64,000 nucleotides of DNA from Eubacteriales bacterium (lineage in GTDB: Bacteria; Bacillota; Clostridia; Oscillospirales; CAG-272), in contig JAZRDN010000035.1 of the NCBI GenBank assembly GCA_045660295.1, forward strand, positions 1,228 to 65,227. The letters run 5' to 3'. Within the stretch, counting starts at the first letter, position 1; each line of letters opens with the position of its first letter. This document shows, in pieces, positions 17,524-28,129 of this stretch. The translations under genes and the position numbers were made by a program. The notes under the pieces were generated by a model. That model made no database searches. It had not been told where the DNA came from and saw only the letters and a list, made by a program, of their open reading frames with translations.

Positions 17524-18850
17524 GGCGATCCTCCGCCTTGGTCATAAACTTGGTGTATCTTCCTATCCAGCCCATTTCGACCGTACCGGTAGAGCCGTGA
17601 CGGTTTTTCTGTACGATGACCTCGGCAACGCTGGCGTCCTGAGAGTTGGCGTCGGTCTTGTAATATTCGTCTCTGTAGAGGAACATTACCACGTCGGCAT
17701 CCTGCTCGATAGCACCCGAGTCACGAAGGTCGGAAAGCATAGGCTTTTTATCCTGACGGGATTCGGGTCCTCGCGAAAGCTGAGTACAGCAGATAACGGG
17801 AACGTTAAGCTCCTTAGCCATTATCTTAAGTGAACGCGATATTTCCGAAACCTCTTGAACTCTGTTGTCATTGTGTGAATCACTCTGCAAAAGCTGGAGA
17901 TAGTCTATGATAACGAGACCGAGATTTTTTACTCGTCTGAGCTTTGCTTTCATAGCGGTTACGGTGACGCCCGTGGTGTCGTCAATAAGAATGTCGGCGC
18001 TCGCCAGCTTTGAAGAAGCCTCGGCGATCTTGTCCCAATCGTCGGGCGAAAGACGACCTGTACGCAGGTTTACGCTATCCACCATAGCCTCACTGGAAAG
18101 CACACGGGAAACAAGCTGCTCACATGACATTTCGAGTGAAAACATGCAAACAGTCTTTTTGGTCTGAATAGCAACGTTTGTACCTATATTAAGACAGAAA
18201 CTGGTTTTACCCATACCGGGACGCGCACCTACGAGGATAAGGTCGGAATTACCCATGCCCGCAAGCATGTTGTCAAGTCCCGAAAATCCTGTTTTTGTAC
18301 CCGAAACTTCGTCGGGTCTGTCCTGAAGGTCCTTAAGGTGTCCGTGAACGTCCACAAGAACCTCGCGGATATGCTTAAAGCCCTTGGTGTCACGCCCCTG
18401 AGCGATAGAGAATATCTTTCTCTCTGCGGCGTCGATGATGCTTTCAACCGAGTCCTGCTCGCTGAAAGCTGTTTCCTTTATTTCGTCGCTTATAACGATA
18501 AGCTGGCGCAAAAGGCTCTTTTCCTTGACTATTTTTGCGTAGTCCTTGATGTTGAGCGCACTGGGAACCGCCTCGCATATGGATTTGAGATATTCCTCGC
18601 CGCCCGACTTGTCGTATATACCCTTTTGGACCAGCATGTCGATAAGGGTTACGATATCTATGTCGTGATTAAGCAGGAAAAGCTCGTGAATACCCAGATA
18701 TATCTGTCTGTGCGCCTCCTCGTAAAAGTCGTCGGCGCTTATGATGTCGGCGACGGTGTTGACCGAGGCGGGGTCAATAAGTATAGAGCCGAGAAGCGAT
18801 TGCTCGGCGATAAGCGAAAAGGGAAGCTTTGGGGTAAGCTCGTCGTTCAT
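17510..18850 (-). CDS. dnaB: Replicative DNA helicase
   Basis: 446 aa. N-terminus LPFSLIAEQSLLGSIL; Walker A GARPGMGKTSF. Confidence 0.96.
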   Translation of the reverse strand: MNDELTPKLPFSLIAEQSLLGSILIDPASVNTVADIISADDFYEEAHRQIYLGIHELFLLNHDIDIVTLIDMLVQKGIYDKSGGEEYLKSICEAVPSALNIKDYAKIVKEKSLLRQLIVISDEIKETAFSEQDSVESIIDAAERKIFSIAQGRDTKGFKHIREVLVDVHGHLKDLQDRPDEVSGTKTGFSGLDNMLAGMGNSDLILVGARPGMGKTSFCLNIGTNVAIQTKKTVCMFSLEMSCEQLVSRVLSSEAMVDSVNLRTGRLSPDDWDKIAEASSKLASADILIDDTTGVTVTAMKAKLRRVKNLGLVIIDYLQLLQSDSHNDNRVQEVSEISRSLKIMAKELNVPVICCTQLSRGPESRQDKKPMLSDLRDSGAIEQDADVVMFLYRDEYYKTDANSQDASVAEVIVQKNRHGSTGTVEMGWIGRYTKFMTKAEDRLEEQ

Positions 18851-18884
18851 TTTCGTTAAAATTCCTTCCTGAAATTATGAGGGA

Positions 18885-19331
18885 TCACTTGTCGGAAACG
18901 AGAAGATTTATCTTTCCGACCACGTCGGTGTAGAGCTTGACCTCAAGCTCGTACTTGCCGTAAGCCTTGATAGGTGTCGGAATGTTGATCTTTTTCTTGT
19001 CAACCGTTATTTTGTGGGAAGCCTCAAGCGCGTCCGCAACGTCCTTTGAGGTGATAGAGCCGTAGAGCTTTCCGTCAGCTCCGCTCTTGGATACCAGCTT
19101 TACGATGATTCCCTCAAGCTTTGCGGCAATTTCCTTGGCCTGCATTGTCTCAACCTCTATCTTGTGCTTCTGGGAAGCCTCCTTGTTCTTTACCTCGTTA
19201 AGCGCCTTTGCGTCTGCGGGGATAGCCAACTTTTTGGGGAGAAGGAAGTTTCTCGCGTATCCGTCCGAAACCTCGATTATCTGGTCCTTTTTGCCCTGAC
19301 CTTTTACGTCCTGTGTGAGAATAACTTTCAT
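18885..19331 (-). CDS. rplI: 50S ribosomal protein L9
   Basis: [32 protein letters not shown]; 148 aa. Confidence 0.96.
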   Translation of the reverse strand: MKVILTQDVKGQGKKDQIIEVSDGYARNFLLPKKLAIPADAKALNEVKNKEASQKHKIEVETMQAKEIAAKLEGIIVKLVSKSGADGKLYGSITSKDVADALEASHKITVDKKKINIPTPIKAYGKYELEVKLYTDVVGKINLLVSDK

Positions 19332-19364
19332 TTTTGTATTTCCTTTCTGTTGTTACGTGTATTA

Positions 19365-21437
19365 TTACAGATTGTCAAGATACTCGTCTATGGCGTTCTT
19401 CAAACGCTCAAGAGTCTCTCGCATATCCTTGCTGGGCACCTGTGCGCCCGCGATGTTGAAGTGTCCTCCGCCGTTCAGCTTTTCAAGGATAAGCTGGACG
19501 TTCACCGCACCGTTTGAGCGCGCGGAGATGTGAATGATATTGTTTATGGGAACGAGAGCGAAGGACGCGTCTACGTTCTTGACCGTAAGGAGCTTATCAG
19601 CCGCCTTTGATGCCGCGGTTCTGTCGTCACCGCTTCCGCTTCCGGGGCTGGTGGTGATAGCGATGGTGTCGCGGTAGATCATGACATTGGAGTTGAATTT
19701 AGCCTCCGCGCTGAAGTCGTTGAAGTCCTCATTGAAGAATGTGTAAGCGATCTCGGAGTTGCCGCCCTCGCCGCGCAGATAAAGTGCCGCCGCAAAGGTA
19801 CGTACTCCCGTGGAGCGTGTAAAGTTCTTGGTGTCTACCATGATACCCGAAAGCATTACGGTGGATTCTTCATTGGTAAGCGTTCCCACGGGGAGACACT
19901 GCTCAAGAATTTCTGTGACAAGCTCGCACGCCGAGGAAGCCGAGGGGTCGATGTAGTTTATAATGGGCTGCTTGTTGAGCTCCGAGGTCTTTCTGTGGTG
20001 GTCGATTATAACAAGGTTGTGCGCGTTTTCGGCAATCGCCGGTTCTTCGAGAATGGCGAAGTTGTTAGCGTCCACGACGATAAGCAGGGTATCGGAGCGT
20101 ATAAGGTCCATACCGGTAGCCGAGTCAACGAAAATGTCCTTGTAGGCTTCAAGCTCCAACAGCTTTTCGGAGCAGTTTCCAAATGAGTTATTGAGAGTCT
20201 CACGGTCTGTGTTGAGGATTATCTTTGGGGAAACGCCGCAGTGCATGCAAAGCCTCGCAACGCCGACACATGAGCCTATCGAGTCGAAATCGGGGTTTTT
20301 GTGCCCCATGATGAGTACGTTGCCCGAGGTCGAAATGAGCGAAAGAAGCTGATTTGCGATAACTCTCGCCAGTACCTTGGTGCGCTTCTGGATATTCTTC
20401 GTGCGTCCACCGAAGAATTCAAGTCCTGTTTGTCCGCGGAGAGCGACCTGGTCGCCGCCGCGCTGAAGTGCCATGTCGAGCGCGGTCTGCGCGCCAAGCT
20501 CAAGCTCAGCCATGTTTTCACCTATGCAGGATATTCCTATGGACACGGTGATGGGCATGCTGTTGTCTCCAAGACGTATGTTTCTTATTCTTTCAAGTAT
20601 ATCGAATTTATTCGCAACACATTCGAGCAGCTTGTGCTTTTCAAATACCAACAGGAACTTGTCGCGGTCGTACTCACGCATGAGAGCGTTAAGGCTCACC
20701 GCCCATTCCTTGATTACGTTTTCGGCTTCGTTCGCCGCCTCGCGGCTGCTGACTCGCACGTATTGAGCAAGCTCCTCAAGGTTGTCGATAACGACGTATG
20801 CAACAACGGGGGCTTCAGCCTCTACCTTTTCCTTGATAGCCGAGAGCTCTGTGATGTCGGTGAACACCGAGAGATAGTAGGCTTTGCCCACCACCGTCAT
20901 TTCGTAGCTTCTCGCCTCGAACCTCTTGTCTTTTATTTCAACTACGGTCACCGCCGCCTCGCGTGCGGTGTTCATTATAGCTGCAGACGCCTCGTCCGCG
21001 GTTATAGGCGTATTGGATTTTGCAAGCTCGTCGGGGGCTATCTGGCAAAGCTCGCTTATGTTTATTCCAAAAATATGGCGCTTGCGCCCAGAGAGGGCGA
21101 ACATTTCGTCGTTGTACCATATTACTTTTCCGTTTTTGTCGGTTATGGTCAACGGAATGTTGATCTGTTGAACAAGATCAGACATAGCGGTGCTCAGTGC
21201 TATGTTCTCGCGTGAACGCATTTTCTTTCCTATGGAGTGCTGCCTGTTAATGAACAGCATTGCGACTATTGCCGCTATATATACCGAGAGGAAAACTATT
21301 CCCACGATCTCGTTGTACATATTGTCAAGGACGCAGATAACGGTATAAGCCGCAAGCAGGAAAACTCCCACGAGAATACATATCCAAGTGGAGGCGGCAA
21401 ACTGTCTGGAGTCTCTGAAGTCTTTTTGAGTTTTCAT
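19365..21437 (-). CDS. gdpP: GdpP-type cyclic-di-AMP phosphodiesterase (TM-PAS-degenerate GGDEF-DHH/DHHA1)
   Basis: Two N-terminal TM spans. DHH motifs GHKNPDFDSIGS, VVDAN, IDHHR and GGGH. Synteny with yybS and rplI. Confidence 0.88.
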   Translation of the reverse strand: MKTQKDFRDSRQFAASTWICILVGVFLLAAYTVICVLDNMYNEIVGIVFLSVYIAAIVAMLFINRQHSIGKKMRSRENIALSTAMSDLVQQINIPLTITDKNGKVIWYNDEMFALSGRKRHIFGINISELCQIAPDELAKSNTPITADEASAAIMNTAREAAVTVVEIKDKRFEARSYEMTVVGKAYYLSVFTDITELSAIKEKVEAEAPVVAYVVIDNLEELAQYVRVSSREAANEAENVIKEWAVSLNALMREYDRDKFLLVFEKHKLLECVANKFDILERIRNIRLGDNSMPITVSIGISCIGENMAELELGAQTALDMALQRGGDQVALRGQTGLEFFGGRTKNIQKRTKVLARVIANQLLSLISTSGNVLIMGHKNPDFDSIGSCVGVARLCMHCGVSPKIILNTDRETLNNSFGNCSEKLLELEAYKDIFVDSATGMDLIRSDTLLIVVDANNFAILEEPAIAENAHNLVIIDHHRKTSELNKQPIINYIDPSASSACELVTEILEQCLPVGTLTNEESTVMLSGIMVDTKNFTRSTGVRTFAAALYLRGEGGNSEIAYTFFNEDFNDFSAEAKFNSNVMIYRDTIAITTSPGSGSGDDRTAASKAADKLLTVKNVDASFALVPINNIIHISARSNGAVNVQLILEKLNGGGHFNIAGAQVPSKDMRETLERLKNAIDEYLDNL

Positions 21438-21458
21438 TTTGTCACTCCTTTTCTTGTC

Positions 21459-22589
21459 TTAAGAGTTTTTTATGCCGCGCTGTTTGTTTATTCTCAGGGT
21501 CGTAATGACGCCCGCGGCGGCAAGCGGATAGAGCAGAAAAGCTCCGCAGTACATGAACGATAAGATGATAATAACGGTTTTGAATATGCTCGGCTTGCTT
21601 CCCCCGGCGCGCGTGGTGGCGATAAACGAGAACAGTCCCACGAGCATAAAGGCGGGGGAGAGTATCAGATTGAGATTTTCCATCGATACAGCGAATATTC
21701 GCATAGCGTTCGAGTCACCGAACGAGAAGAATATGAATACAAAGGATATGATGTATAGCCACGCCGATACCGACGAGAGAATGAAAACGACTTCCTGCCT
21801 CTCGGGGGCTTTTCCAAGCGATTGACGGATTATCATGTGCAGATAGCTTGCTACGAACGCGGTTATATTGGCGCTGATGATGTACATTGCGGGCATAAGC
21901 GTAAACACAAGCTCCGCCGTTGATACGACAGTGTCAACTGACACGGCTTCGGCGTATTCGGTCCCCATAGCGGATATCATGCTGTTGAAGGTCTCGGTAA
22001 CGGTTGTCGAGAAATTGGAGCGCGCGGACTCTATAAAGGCTTTCACGTCAGTGCCGAACTCAGCGTATGCCGAGAGGGCAACAGGGATAAGCGCGGTTAC
22101 GAGAAACGTTACCGACGCGGCGCATATCGACGATACACGCGGAACTCTTTTTGACGAGCATACCGCAAACGCTATTGCCGCGGGAAGCGCGGAGAATACC
22201 GATATCGCTTCTATCGGCGAGCCTGTAACGGCGAATGCCACAAGGTAGGATGCCGCCGAGAATATTATGAATACCGCGCGGCTTCTCTTACTTCCGCAAA
22301 GCATCGCTCCGCCTGCCGCCGCCGAAACGACGAGGCTGATTATGCGTGCCAGCGAGTTTATTGATAACGTGGCGAACATCGCTGCCGTAACTATGACTAT
22401 GATCGTAAAGTCAACTCTTTTTTGGCAGATCTTATACGCGCACAGTATAAAAAGCGCGGTGTTGACGCAGGCAAGTATGACCGAGGGAATAGCCAAGTAC
22501 GCCATAAAGCATGCGACTGCCAGTCCTGCGAGAACAGTCTGTGCAAATTTTATTTTTGTTTGGGTCGGAGTTGTGTTGCCGTTGTTCAT
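21459..22589 (-). CDS. yybS: YybS-family (DUF2232) polytopic membrane protein
   Basis: 376 aa and highly hydrophobic. Sits immediately upstream of gdpP, as in B. subtilis yybS-yybT. Confidence 0.7.
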   Translation of the reverse strand: MNNGNTTPTQTKIKFAQTVLAGLAVACFMAYLAIPSVILACVNTALFILCAYKICQKRVDFTIIVIVTAAMFATLSINSLARIISLVVSAAAGGAMLCGSKRSRAVFIIFSAASYLVAFAVTGSPIEAISVFSALPAAIAFAVCSSKRVPRVSSICAASVTFLVTALIPVALSAYAEFGTDVKAFIESARSNFSTTVTETFNSMISAMGTEYAEAVSVDTVVSTAELVFTLMPAMYIISANITAFVASYLHMIIRQSLGKAPERQEVVFILSSVSAWLYIISFVFIFFSFGDSNAMRIFAVSMENLNLILSPAFMLVGLFSFIATTRAGGSKPSIFKTVIIILSFMYCGAFLLYPLAAAGVITTLRINKQRGIKNS

Positions 22590-22632
22590 TGCAGCTCCTT
22601 TGGAAAATATTACAATATTACTTCAGCTTATT

Positions 22633-22661
22633 AGTATACCATAAAAAAGCCGATTTGTAAA
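22633..22661 (-). promoter_or_regulatory. Sigma-A promoter (extended -10) of the yybS operon
   Basis: Minus strand: TTTACA (22661-22656), 17-nt spacer, TGgTATACT (-10 at 22638-22633). Confidence 0.55.
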
Positions 22662-22752
22662 CATCAAACGCAACTTTTCCTTGAAATATATGTGTAAATT
22701 TTTTTGCGCGGGGAAATTTTTTAAAAAATCCAAAAAAAATTTAGAAAAACTA

Positions 22753-22781
22753 TTGCAAAAGGAAAAAATTTGTGGTATACT
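22753..22781 (+). promoter_or_regulatory. Sigma-A promoter (extended -10) of the rimP-nusA-infB operon
   Basis: TTGCAA (22753-22758), 17-nt spacer, TGgTATACT (-10 at 22776-22781). A/T-rich UP-like tract upstream. Confidence 0.65.
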
Positions 22782-22805
22782 ATACAGGTAATATCATTCA
22801 GTATG

Positions 22806-22827
22806 AGAGTGGGCGTGAGCCCACTCT
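22806..22827 (+). promoter_or_regulatory. Leader hairpin (possible NusA-sensitive weak terminator)
   Basis: 9-bp stem agagtgggc / gcccactct with GUGA loop, then uaauuguu. Lies about 20 nt after the predicted TSS. Confidence 0.4.
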
Positions 22828-22871
22828 TAATTGTTAAGAAGGGGCATTTTAAAAATGCTGACGGGTGAACT

Positions 22872-23345
22872 ATGAAAAACGGAACAAAAAACGTTGCGGC
22901 AGTTGTGAGCGAGCTTATCGCCCCCGTTGCCGCGGAGCTTGGCTATTTCCTTTGGGACGTTGAGTTCGTCAAGGAGGGCGCGCGCCACATTCTCCGTGTT
23001 ACTATCGACTCGGAGGAGGGCATCAATATCGACGATTGCGAAAAGATGCACCGCGCTATCGACCCTGTGCTTGATGAGGCTGACCCCATAGAAAACGCCT
23101 ATTATCTCGAGGTAAGCTCTCCGGGAATAGAGAGAGAGCTTCGCACAGACGCTCATATTCTGGCGTGCATCGGAGAGACAGTAGAATTAAAGCTCTACGC
23201 TCCTGTGGACGGCACGAAGGCGTTTTCGGGAACTCTTGCGGGCTTTGAGGACGGCAGGGTGTCGGTGGATATCGGCTCGGCTGTAAAGAGCTTTGACCGC
23301 AAGGACGTTGCGAAAATAAAAACAGTATTTGATTTCGGAGACTAA
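22872..23345 (+). CDS. rimP: Ribosome maturation factor RimP
   Basis: 157 aa. ..LGYFLWDVEFVKEGARHILRVTID.. Located upstream of nusA. Confidence 0.92.
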   Translation: MKNGTKNVAAVVSELIAPVAAELGYFLWDVEFVKEGARHILRVTIDSEEGINIDDCEKMHRAIDPVLDEADPIENAYYLEVSSPGIERELRTDAHILACIGETVELKLYAPVDGTKAFSGTLAGFEDGRVSVDIGSAVKSFDRKDVAKIKTVFDFGD

Positions 23346-23373
23346 TAAAAAGAAATTTGAAAGGAAAAAAGAC

Positions 23374-24399
23374 ATGAACAAGGAATTTTTTGTTGCCCTT
23401 GAAATGCTCGAAAAGGAAAAGGGCATTCCAAAGGAGTATATGCTCGAAAAGGTCGAGGCGGCTCTCGTTCAGGCGTTCAAGAAGGAGTACGGTAACAACA
23501 CTAACGTGCGCGTCCTTCTTGACCCCGTTAAGCAGGACGTAAGAGTTTACCAGCAGAAAGAGGTGGTTGAGGTGGTCGAAAACCCCGAGACCGAGATTTC
23601 TCTTGAGGAGGCTAAGTCGCTGAGCAAAAGAAACACCGTCGGAAAGATAATTGAGTTTGAGGTCAAGACCAAGGATTTCAGACGTCTCAGCGCGGGCGCG
23701 GCTAAGTCGGTTATCATTCAGGGTATCCGAGAGGGCGAACGCAAGGCGGCTCAGCAGGCGTATGAGAACAAGAGAGAAGAAATAATCACCGCGACCGTCA
23801 ACAAGATAGACTTTGAGACAGGAAACGCTATTCTCGATACAGGAAACGGAAACGCGGTGCTTCTTAAGGGCGAGCAGATCCCCGGTGAGGAGTACGAGGT
23901 CGGTCAGAGAATAAAGGTGTTCGTAATGGAAGTAAACAAGGAGCTTAAGGGTCCGCTCGTTACACTTTCCAGAGTTCATCAGGGACTTGTAAGACGTATG
24001 TTCGAGCTTGAGATTCCCGAAATCACCGACGGCGTTGTAATGATAAAGGGCGTTGCCCGCGAGGCAGGCTCGAGAACCAAGATCGCGGTTTACTCACGCG
24101 ACGAGGACGTTGACGCGGTAGGAGCTTGTATCGGTAATCACGGAATGAGAATTTCGGCTATCGTTGACGAGCTTTGCGGAGAGAAGATAGATATCGTTAA
24201 GTACAGCGAAAGCGCCGAGGAATATGTTGCGGCGGCACTTGCGCCCGCGCAGGTGGATTCCGTGGTAATGACGGGAGAAAGAAGCTGCAGAGTTATCGTT
24301 GGCGCGGATCAGCTTTCGCTTGCCATCGGTAAAGAAGGTCAGAACGCGAGACTCGCGGCAAGACTTACAGGCTTCAAGATAGATATTAAGACTGAGTAA
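23374..24399 (+). CDS. nusA: Transcription termination/antitermination factor NusA
   Basis: Start at ATG 23374 (MNKEFFVALEMLEKEKGIPKEY). S1 and KH regions are recognisable. The track start at 23329 overlaps rimP. Confidence 0.95.
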   Translation: MNKEFFVALEMLEKEKGIPKEYMLEKVEAALVQAFKKEYGNNTNVRVLLDPVKQDVRVYQQKEVVEVVENPETEISLEEAKSLSKRNTVGKIIEFEVKTKDFRRLSAGAAKSVIIQGIREGERKAAQQAYENKREEIITATVNKIDFETGNAILDTGNGNAVLLKGEQIPGEEYEVGQRIKVFVMEVNKELKGPLVTLSRVHQGLVRRMFELEIPEITDGVVMIKGVAREAGSRTKIAVYSRDEDVDAVGACIGNHGMRISAIVDELCGEKIDIVKYSESAEEYVAAALAPAQVDSVVMTGERSCRVIVGADQLSLAIGKEGQNARLAARLTGFKIDIKTE

Positions 24400-24402
24400 G
24401 CT

Positions 24403-24678
24403 ATGGAACGCAAGAAGAAAAAAATCCCCGAGCGTCAGTGTCTTGGATGTAATGAGCATAAGCCGAAAAGCGAGCTGCTTCGCGTGGTCAGAGATCCCGA
24501 GGGGCACGTAAGCCTTGACTTTAAGGGCAAGGCAAGCGGCAGAGGCGCATACATATGCCATGATATTGAATGCCTGAAAAAAGCCCGTCGTGCAAAACGG
24601 CTGGAAAGGAATCTCGAGTGTGAGATTCCCGAGGCGGTATACGATGAAATGGAAAGGGAACTTAGTGAAAATGTGTAA
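24403..24678 (+). CDS. ylxR: YlxR/RnpM family RNA-binding protein (DUF448)
   Basis: 91 aa. RQCLGCNEHKPKSELLRVV..GRGAYIC motif. Confidence 0.9.
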   Translation: MERKKKKIPERQCLGCNEHKPKSELLRVVRDPEGHVSLDFKGKASGRGAYICHDIECLKKARRAKRLERNLECEIPEAVYDEMERELSENV

Positions 24679-25000
24679 TTCCCAAACAAACGATAATTCA
24701 CAAAAGCTTCTCAGGCTTCTCGGACTTGCCGCGAGAGCGGGTAAGCTGGTGTACGGAACACCCATGGTATGCGAGGAGCTGAAAAAAGGAAAGAAGGTTT
24801 ACTTTGTGTTTGAGGCGTCGGGAACGTCGGATAACACACACAAGCGAATAGGCGACAGATGCAGATTTTATAACGTGCGTCTGATTGAGGTAGGACTTAA
24901 CACCGAGGAATTTGCCCATTTGCTTGGAAAGAGCGGAGAGCTTGCGGTGGCGGCATTGACCGATGCGAGCTTTGCGCAGGGAATAGAAAAGCTCATATAA
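24671..25000 (+). CDS. ylxQ: L7Ae-family ribosome-associated protein (YlxQ-like)
   Basis: ..LLGLAARAGKLVYG...FEASGTSDNT.. ATG 24671 overlaps the ylxR stop by 8 nt. The track start at 24590 lies inside ylxR. Confidence 0.8.
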   Translation: MCNSQTNDNSQKLLRLLGLAARAGKLVYGTPMVCEELKKGKKVYFVFEASGTSDNTHKRIGDRCRFYNVRLIEVGLNTEEFAHLLGKSGELAVAALTDASFAQGIEKLI

Positions 25001-25123
25001 AAATCATTAAGTCTTGGACACCATTTCGGAGTGAAGCAACGCATGGAGGCCCAGGCGAAAAAAGAATTGCTTCGGAAAACTCGGCATTGCGCCGCAAACA
25101 CCAAAGAAAGGTAGGGTAACAAT

Positions 25124-27937
25124 ATGGCAAATAACCCACAGTTTAAGATTAATCAGATAGCAAAGGATCTCGGTAAAAAGAGTAAGGATATAGTTGAAGT
25201 TCTGGTTGGCAAGGGTATAGACGTTAAGAACTCGCAAAAGACCCTTGAGGCAGAGGAATTCGATATTCTCTTTGATACTCTTACAAAGGAGCATCAGATT
25301 ACCGAAATCGAAAATTACATCGACGGAATAACCTATATTCCCGCAAAGGAGAAGCCTGTGGAAAAGGCGCCCGAAAAAGCGCCCGAGGCGGTTGCCGAAA
25401 AGGCAGAGGAAAAGCCCGCTCCCAAGGCTCCCGAGGTAAAGCAGGAGGAGAAGTCCGCAAAGAAGGCGGAAGCACCTGCCGAGCCTGTTAAGAAGGAAGA
25501 GGCAAAGAAGCCTGCTCCGGTTAAGGAAGGAGCTCAAAAGCCTTCGGCTGAGGTCAAGACCTCGCCTGAAGCGTCCAGAGCGCCCAAGGCTCCCATGCAG
25601 ACAAAGAAGCCCGAAACGCAGAGCGCTCCTCAAAGACCCGCTCAGCCCAACGGCGACAGAACTAATAACGCTCACCGTCAGGGAGAATTCAGACAGAGAG
25701 ACGAGCGCCCCTTTGAGAAGCGTGACGGTCAGTTCCGCGATAACAGAGACAATAGAGATAACAGAGACAACCGCGGCGGTCGCGATAATCGCGACGGATT
25801 TGGCGGACGCCAGGGTCAGCAGGGCGGAAAGCCCCAGAATAACCGTCAGGGCGGCTTCTCTCCCATGAAGGATAAGGACGAGAGCTATCAGAACGCTCCC
25901 AGAGAGAAATTCCAGCCCCAGCAGATCATCAGAGCGCAGACTCCCAAGGGAGGCAATCCCAACCAGAAGAAGGGCGGAACGCGTATCGTTGATATGAGAG
26001 ATTCCAACGTGGACCTTTCCAAGTACGACGATAAGCTGACATCGTTCGTATCTGAAACTGTTGCAGACCTTCGCGGAGGAAACCAGCAGTTTAAGAAAAA
26101 GAACACAAGCGGTCAGATGCAGAATAACCGCAATAATAACTTTAAGAAGAACAAGAAGCCCTCGACTCCCGCACAGCCTGTTAAGAAAGTGCCCGTAAAC
26201 GTAAGCATTCCCGATGAGATCGTTGTTGGTGAGCTTGCTTCGCGCCTTAAGATAACCGCGGCAGAGGTTATTAAAAAGCTCATGCTTATGGGCATGATGG
26301 TGACTATCAATCAGACTATCGATTACGATACAGCTTTCCTTGTTGCCGATGAGCTTGGCGCAAACGTTACCAAGGAAGTTGTTGTTACCATTGAGGAAAG
26401 ACTCTTTGACGAGACCGAGGACAGCGAGGAATCTCTTGTTTCCCGCGCGCCTGTCGTCTGCGTTATGGGTCACGTTGACCACGGTAAGACCTCGCTTCTT
26501 GACGCAATCAGAGATACACACGTTACCACAGGTGAGGCAGGCGGTATCACACAGCATATCGGCGCTTACCGCGTAAAGGTAAAGGGACAGGATATCACCT
26601 TCCTTGATACCCCCGGTCACGAGGCGTTTACCGCAATGCGCGCAAGAGGTGCTCAGGCTACCGATATAGCTATTCTCGTGGTGGCGGCTGATGACGGTAT
26701 CATGCCCCAGACTGTAGAGGCTATCAACCATGCCAAAGCGGCAGGTATTGATATTATCGTAGCAATAAACAAGATGGATAAGCCCACCGCTAACCCCGAC
26801 GCGGTAAAGCAGGAGCTTACAAAATACGACCTCGTTCCCGAGGAATGGGGCGGCGACGTTATTTGCGTACCCGTTTCGGCGCTTACGCATCAGGGTATCG
26901 ACGATCTTCTTGAAAACGTGCTTCTCGTTGCCGAGGTTAAGGTGCTTAAGGCTAATCCCAACCGCCGCGCAAAGGGTATCGTAATCGAGGCTAAGCTCGA
27001 TAAGGGCCGCGGACCTGTTGTAACCCTTCTCGTTCAGAACGGTACGCTTCACGTTGGTGATGTTGTTATCGCGGGAACGGCGGTAGGTCGCGTCCGCGCT
27101 ATGACAGACCATACGGGACGTCAGCTTTCCGAGGCTGCTCCCTCCGTGCCCGTTGAGATAATCGGTCTTGCCGAGGTTCCCACTGCGGGTGACGAGTTTA
27201 ACGCCGTTGCCGATGAGAGAATGGCACGTGAGCTTGCTGACAACAGACGTGATAAGGCTAAAGAGGAAGAGTTCAAGGCTAACAGCCGCGCAAGCCTCAA
27301 TGACCTGTTTAATCAGATTTCCGAGGGCGTTAAGGACCTTAACATCATCGTTAAGGCTGACGTTGTGGGTTCTGCCGAGGCGGTCAAGGCTTCGCTTCAG
27401 AAGATATCCAACGAGGAGATAAGAGTAAGAGTTATCCACTCGGCAGTAGGCGGTATCAACGAGGGTGACGTAATGCTCGCGGCGGCTTCCAACGCAATCA
27501 TCGTAGGCTTTAACGTCCGTCCCGATAAGGGCGCTATGGATTCTGCTGAGAGACAGAGCGTTGAAATTCGTACGTACCGCGTAATTTACGAGGCTATCGA
27601 GGAGATCACCGCGGCTATGAAGGGTATGCTTGCTCCCAAGTTCAAGGAAACGGTTATCGGTCATGCCGAGGTTCGCCAGACTATCCACGTTCCGGGTGTC
27701 GGTACTATTGCGGGATCTTACGTTCAGGACGGAAAGATTGCCAGAAACGCTCAGATCCGCGTAGTGCGTGACGGCGTGGTTATCTTTGAGGATAAGATTT
27801 CGTCTCTTAAGCGTTTCAAGGACGACGCGCGTGAGGTGGCATCAGGCTACGAGTGCGGCGTAGGACTTGAAAAGTTCAACGACATCAAGCTTGGCGATAT
27901 TCTCGAAGCGTTCGTTATGGAAGAGATAGAACAATAA
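25124..27937 (+). CDS. infB: Translation initiation factor IF-2
   Basis: 937 aa. G domain [19 protein letters not shown] and NKMD. Low-complexity Lys/Glu/Pro and RDN-rich N-terminal region. Confidence 0.98.
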   Translation: MANNPQFKINQIAKDLGKKSKDIVEVLVGKGIDVKNSQKTLEAEEFDILFDTLTKEHQITEIENYIDGITYIPAKEKPVEKAPEKAPEAVAEKAEEKPAPKAPEVKQEEKSAKKAEAPAEPVKKEEAKKPAPVKEGAQKPSAEVKTSPEASRAPKAPMQTKKPETQSAPQRPAQPNGDRTNNAHRQGEFRQRDERPFEKRDGQFRDNRDNRDNRDNRGGRDNRDGFGGRQGQQGGKPQNNRQGGFSPMKDKDESYQNAPREKFQPQQIIRAQTPKGGNPNQKKGGTRIVDMRDSNVDLSKYDDKLTSFVSETVADLRGGNQQFKKKNTSGQMQNNRNNNFKKNKKPSTPAQPVKKVPVNVSIPDEIVVGELASRLKITAAEVIKKLMLMGMMVTINQTIDYDTAFLVADELGANVTKEVVVTIEERLFDETEDSEESLVSRAPVVCVMGHVDHGKTSLLDAIRDTHVTTGEAGGITQHIGAYRVKVKGQDITFLDTPGHEAFTAMRARGAQATDIAILVVAADDGIMPQTVEAINHAKAAGIDIIVAINKMDKPTANPDAVKQELTKYDLVPEEWGGDVICVPVSALTHQGIDDLLENVLLVAEVKVLKANPNRRAKGIVIEAKLDKGRGPVVTLLVQNGTLHVGDVVIAGTAVGRVRAMTDHTGRQLSEAAPSVPVEIIGLAEVPTAGDEFNAVADERMARELADNRRDKAKEEEFKANSRASLNDLFNQISEGVKDLNIIVKADVVGSAEAVKASLQKISNEEIRVRVIHSAVGGINEGDVMLAAASNAIIVGFNVRPDKGAMDSAERQSVEIRTYRVIYEAIEEITAAMKGMLAPKFKETVIGHAEVRQTIHVPGVGTIAGSYVQDGKIARNAQIRVVRDGVVIFEDKISSLKRFKDDAREVASGYECGVGLEKFNDIKLGDILEAFVMEEIEQ

Positions 27938-27950
27938 CTCATATTTCATC

Positions 27951-27983
27951 AAAAAAGCTGTCCAAACAAATGGACAGCTTTTT
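27951..27983. terminator. Bidirectional terminator after infB
   Basis: aaaaaa-gctgtcca-aacaaa-tggacagc-ttttt. Confidence 0.8.
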
Positions 27984-28065
27984 ACTTTATTTCTTGCTCG
28001 AAGGTCTTGAATTCAGGGGTGTCGAAAAACTCAACAAGTGATATGCCAAAACCGTCACAGAGCAT
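27982..28065 (-). pseudogene. C-terminal remnant of an XRE-family HTH protein
   Basis: 27-codon ORF MLCDGFGISLVEFFDTPEFKTFEQEIK resembles the last helix and tail of Cro/CI-type repressors. A stop codon lies directly upstream of the ATG. Confidence 0.35.
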
Positions 28066-28094
28066 TTATTATGGACTAATTATAGCCTTTTTTG

Positions 28095-28123
28095 TTGAGA
28101 AAATGGGCTATATATGGTACAAT
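28095..28123 (+). promoter_or_regulatory. Orphan sigma-A promoter (extended -10) flanked by GGCTATA/TATAGCC half-sites
   Basis: TTGAGA (28095-28100), 17-nt spacer, TGgTACAAT (-10 at 28118-28123). Half-sites at 28081-87, 28106-12, 28126-32 and 28134-40. Confidence 0.55.
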
Positions 28124-28129
28124 CAGGCT

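Noticed and set aside
25736-25800. Short tandem repeat-like DNA (gat aac aga gac aat aga gat aac aga gac aac cgc ..) inside infB.
   Set aside because: It encodes the [21 protein letters not shown] low-complexity stretch typical of the variable IF-2 N-terminal region. It is in frame, imperfect at the DNA level, and not a CRISPR or satellite repeat.
25007-27688. An 893-codon open reading frame antisense to infB, the longest ORF-track entry after infB itself.
   Set aside because: It shares codon boundaries with infB: both frames have coordinates congruent to 2 mod 3. Its openness therefore only requires that infB avoids the sense codons TTA, CTA and TCA, which this genome does generally. The translation is low-complexity (Leu/Ser/Arg/Gly-rich), and there is no SD or promoter.
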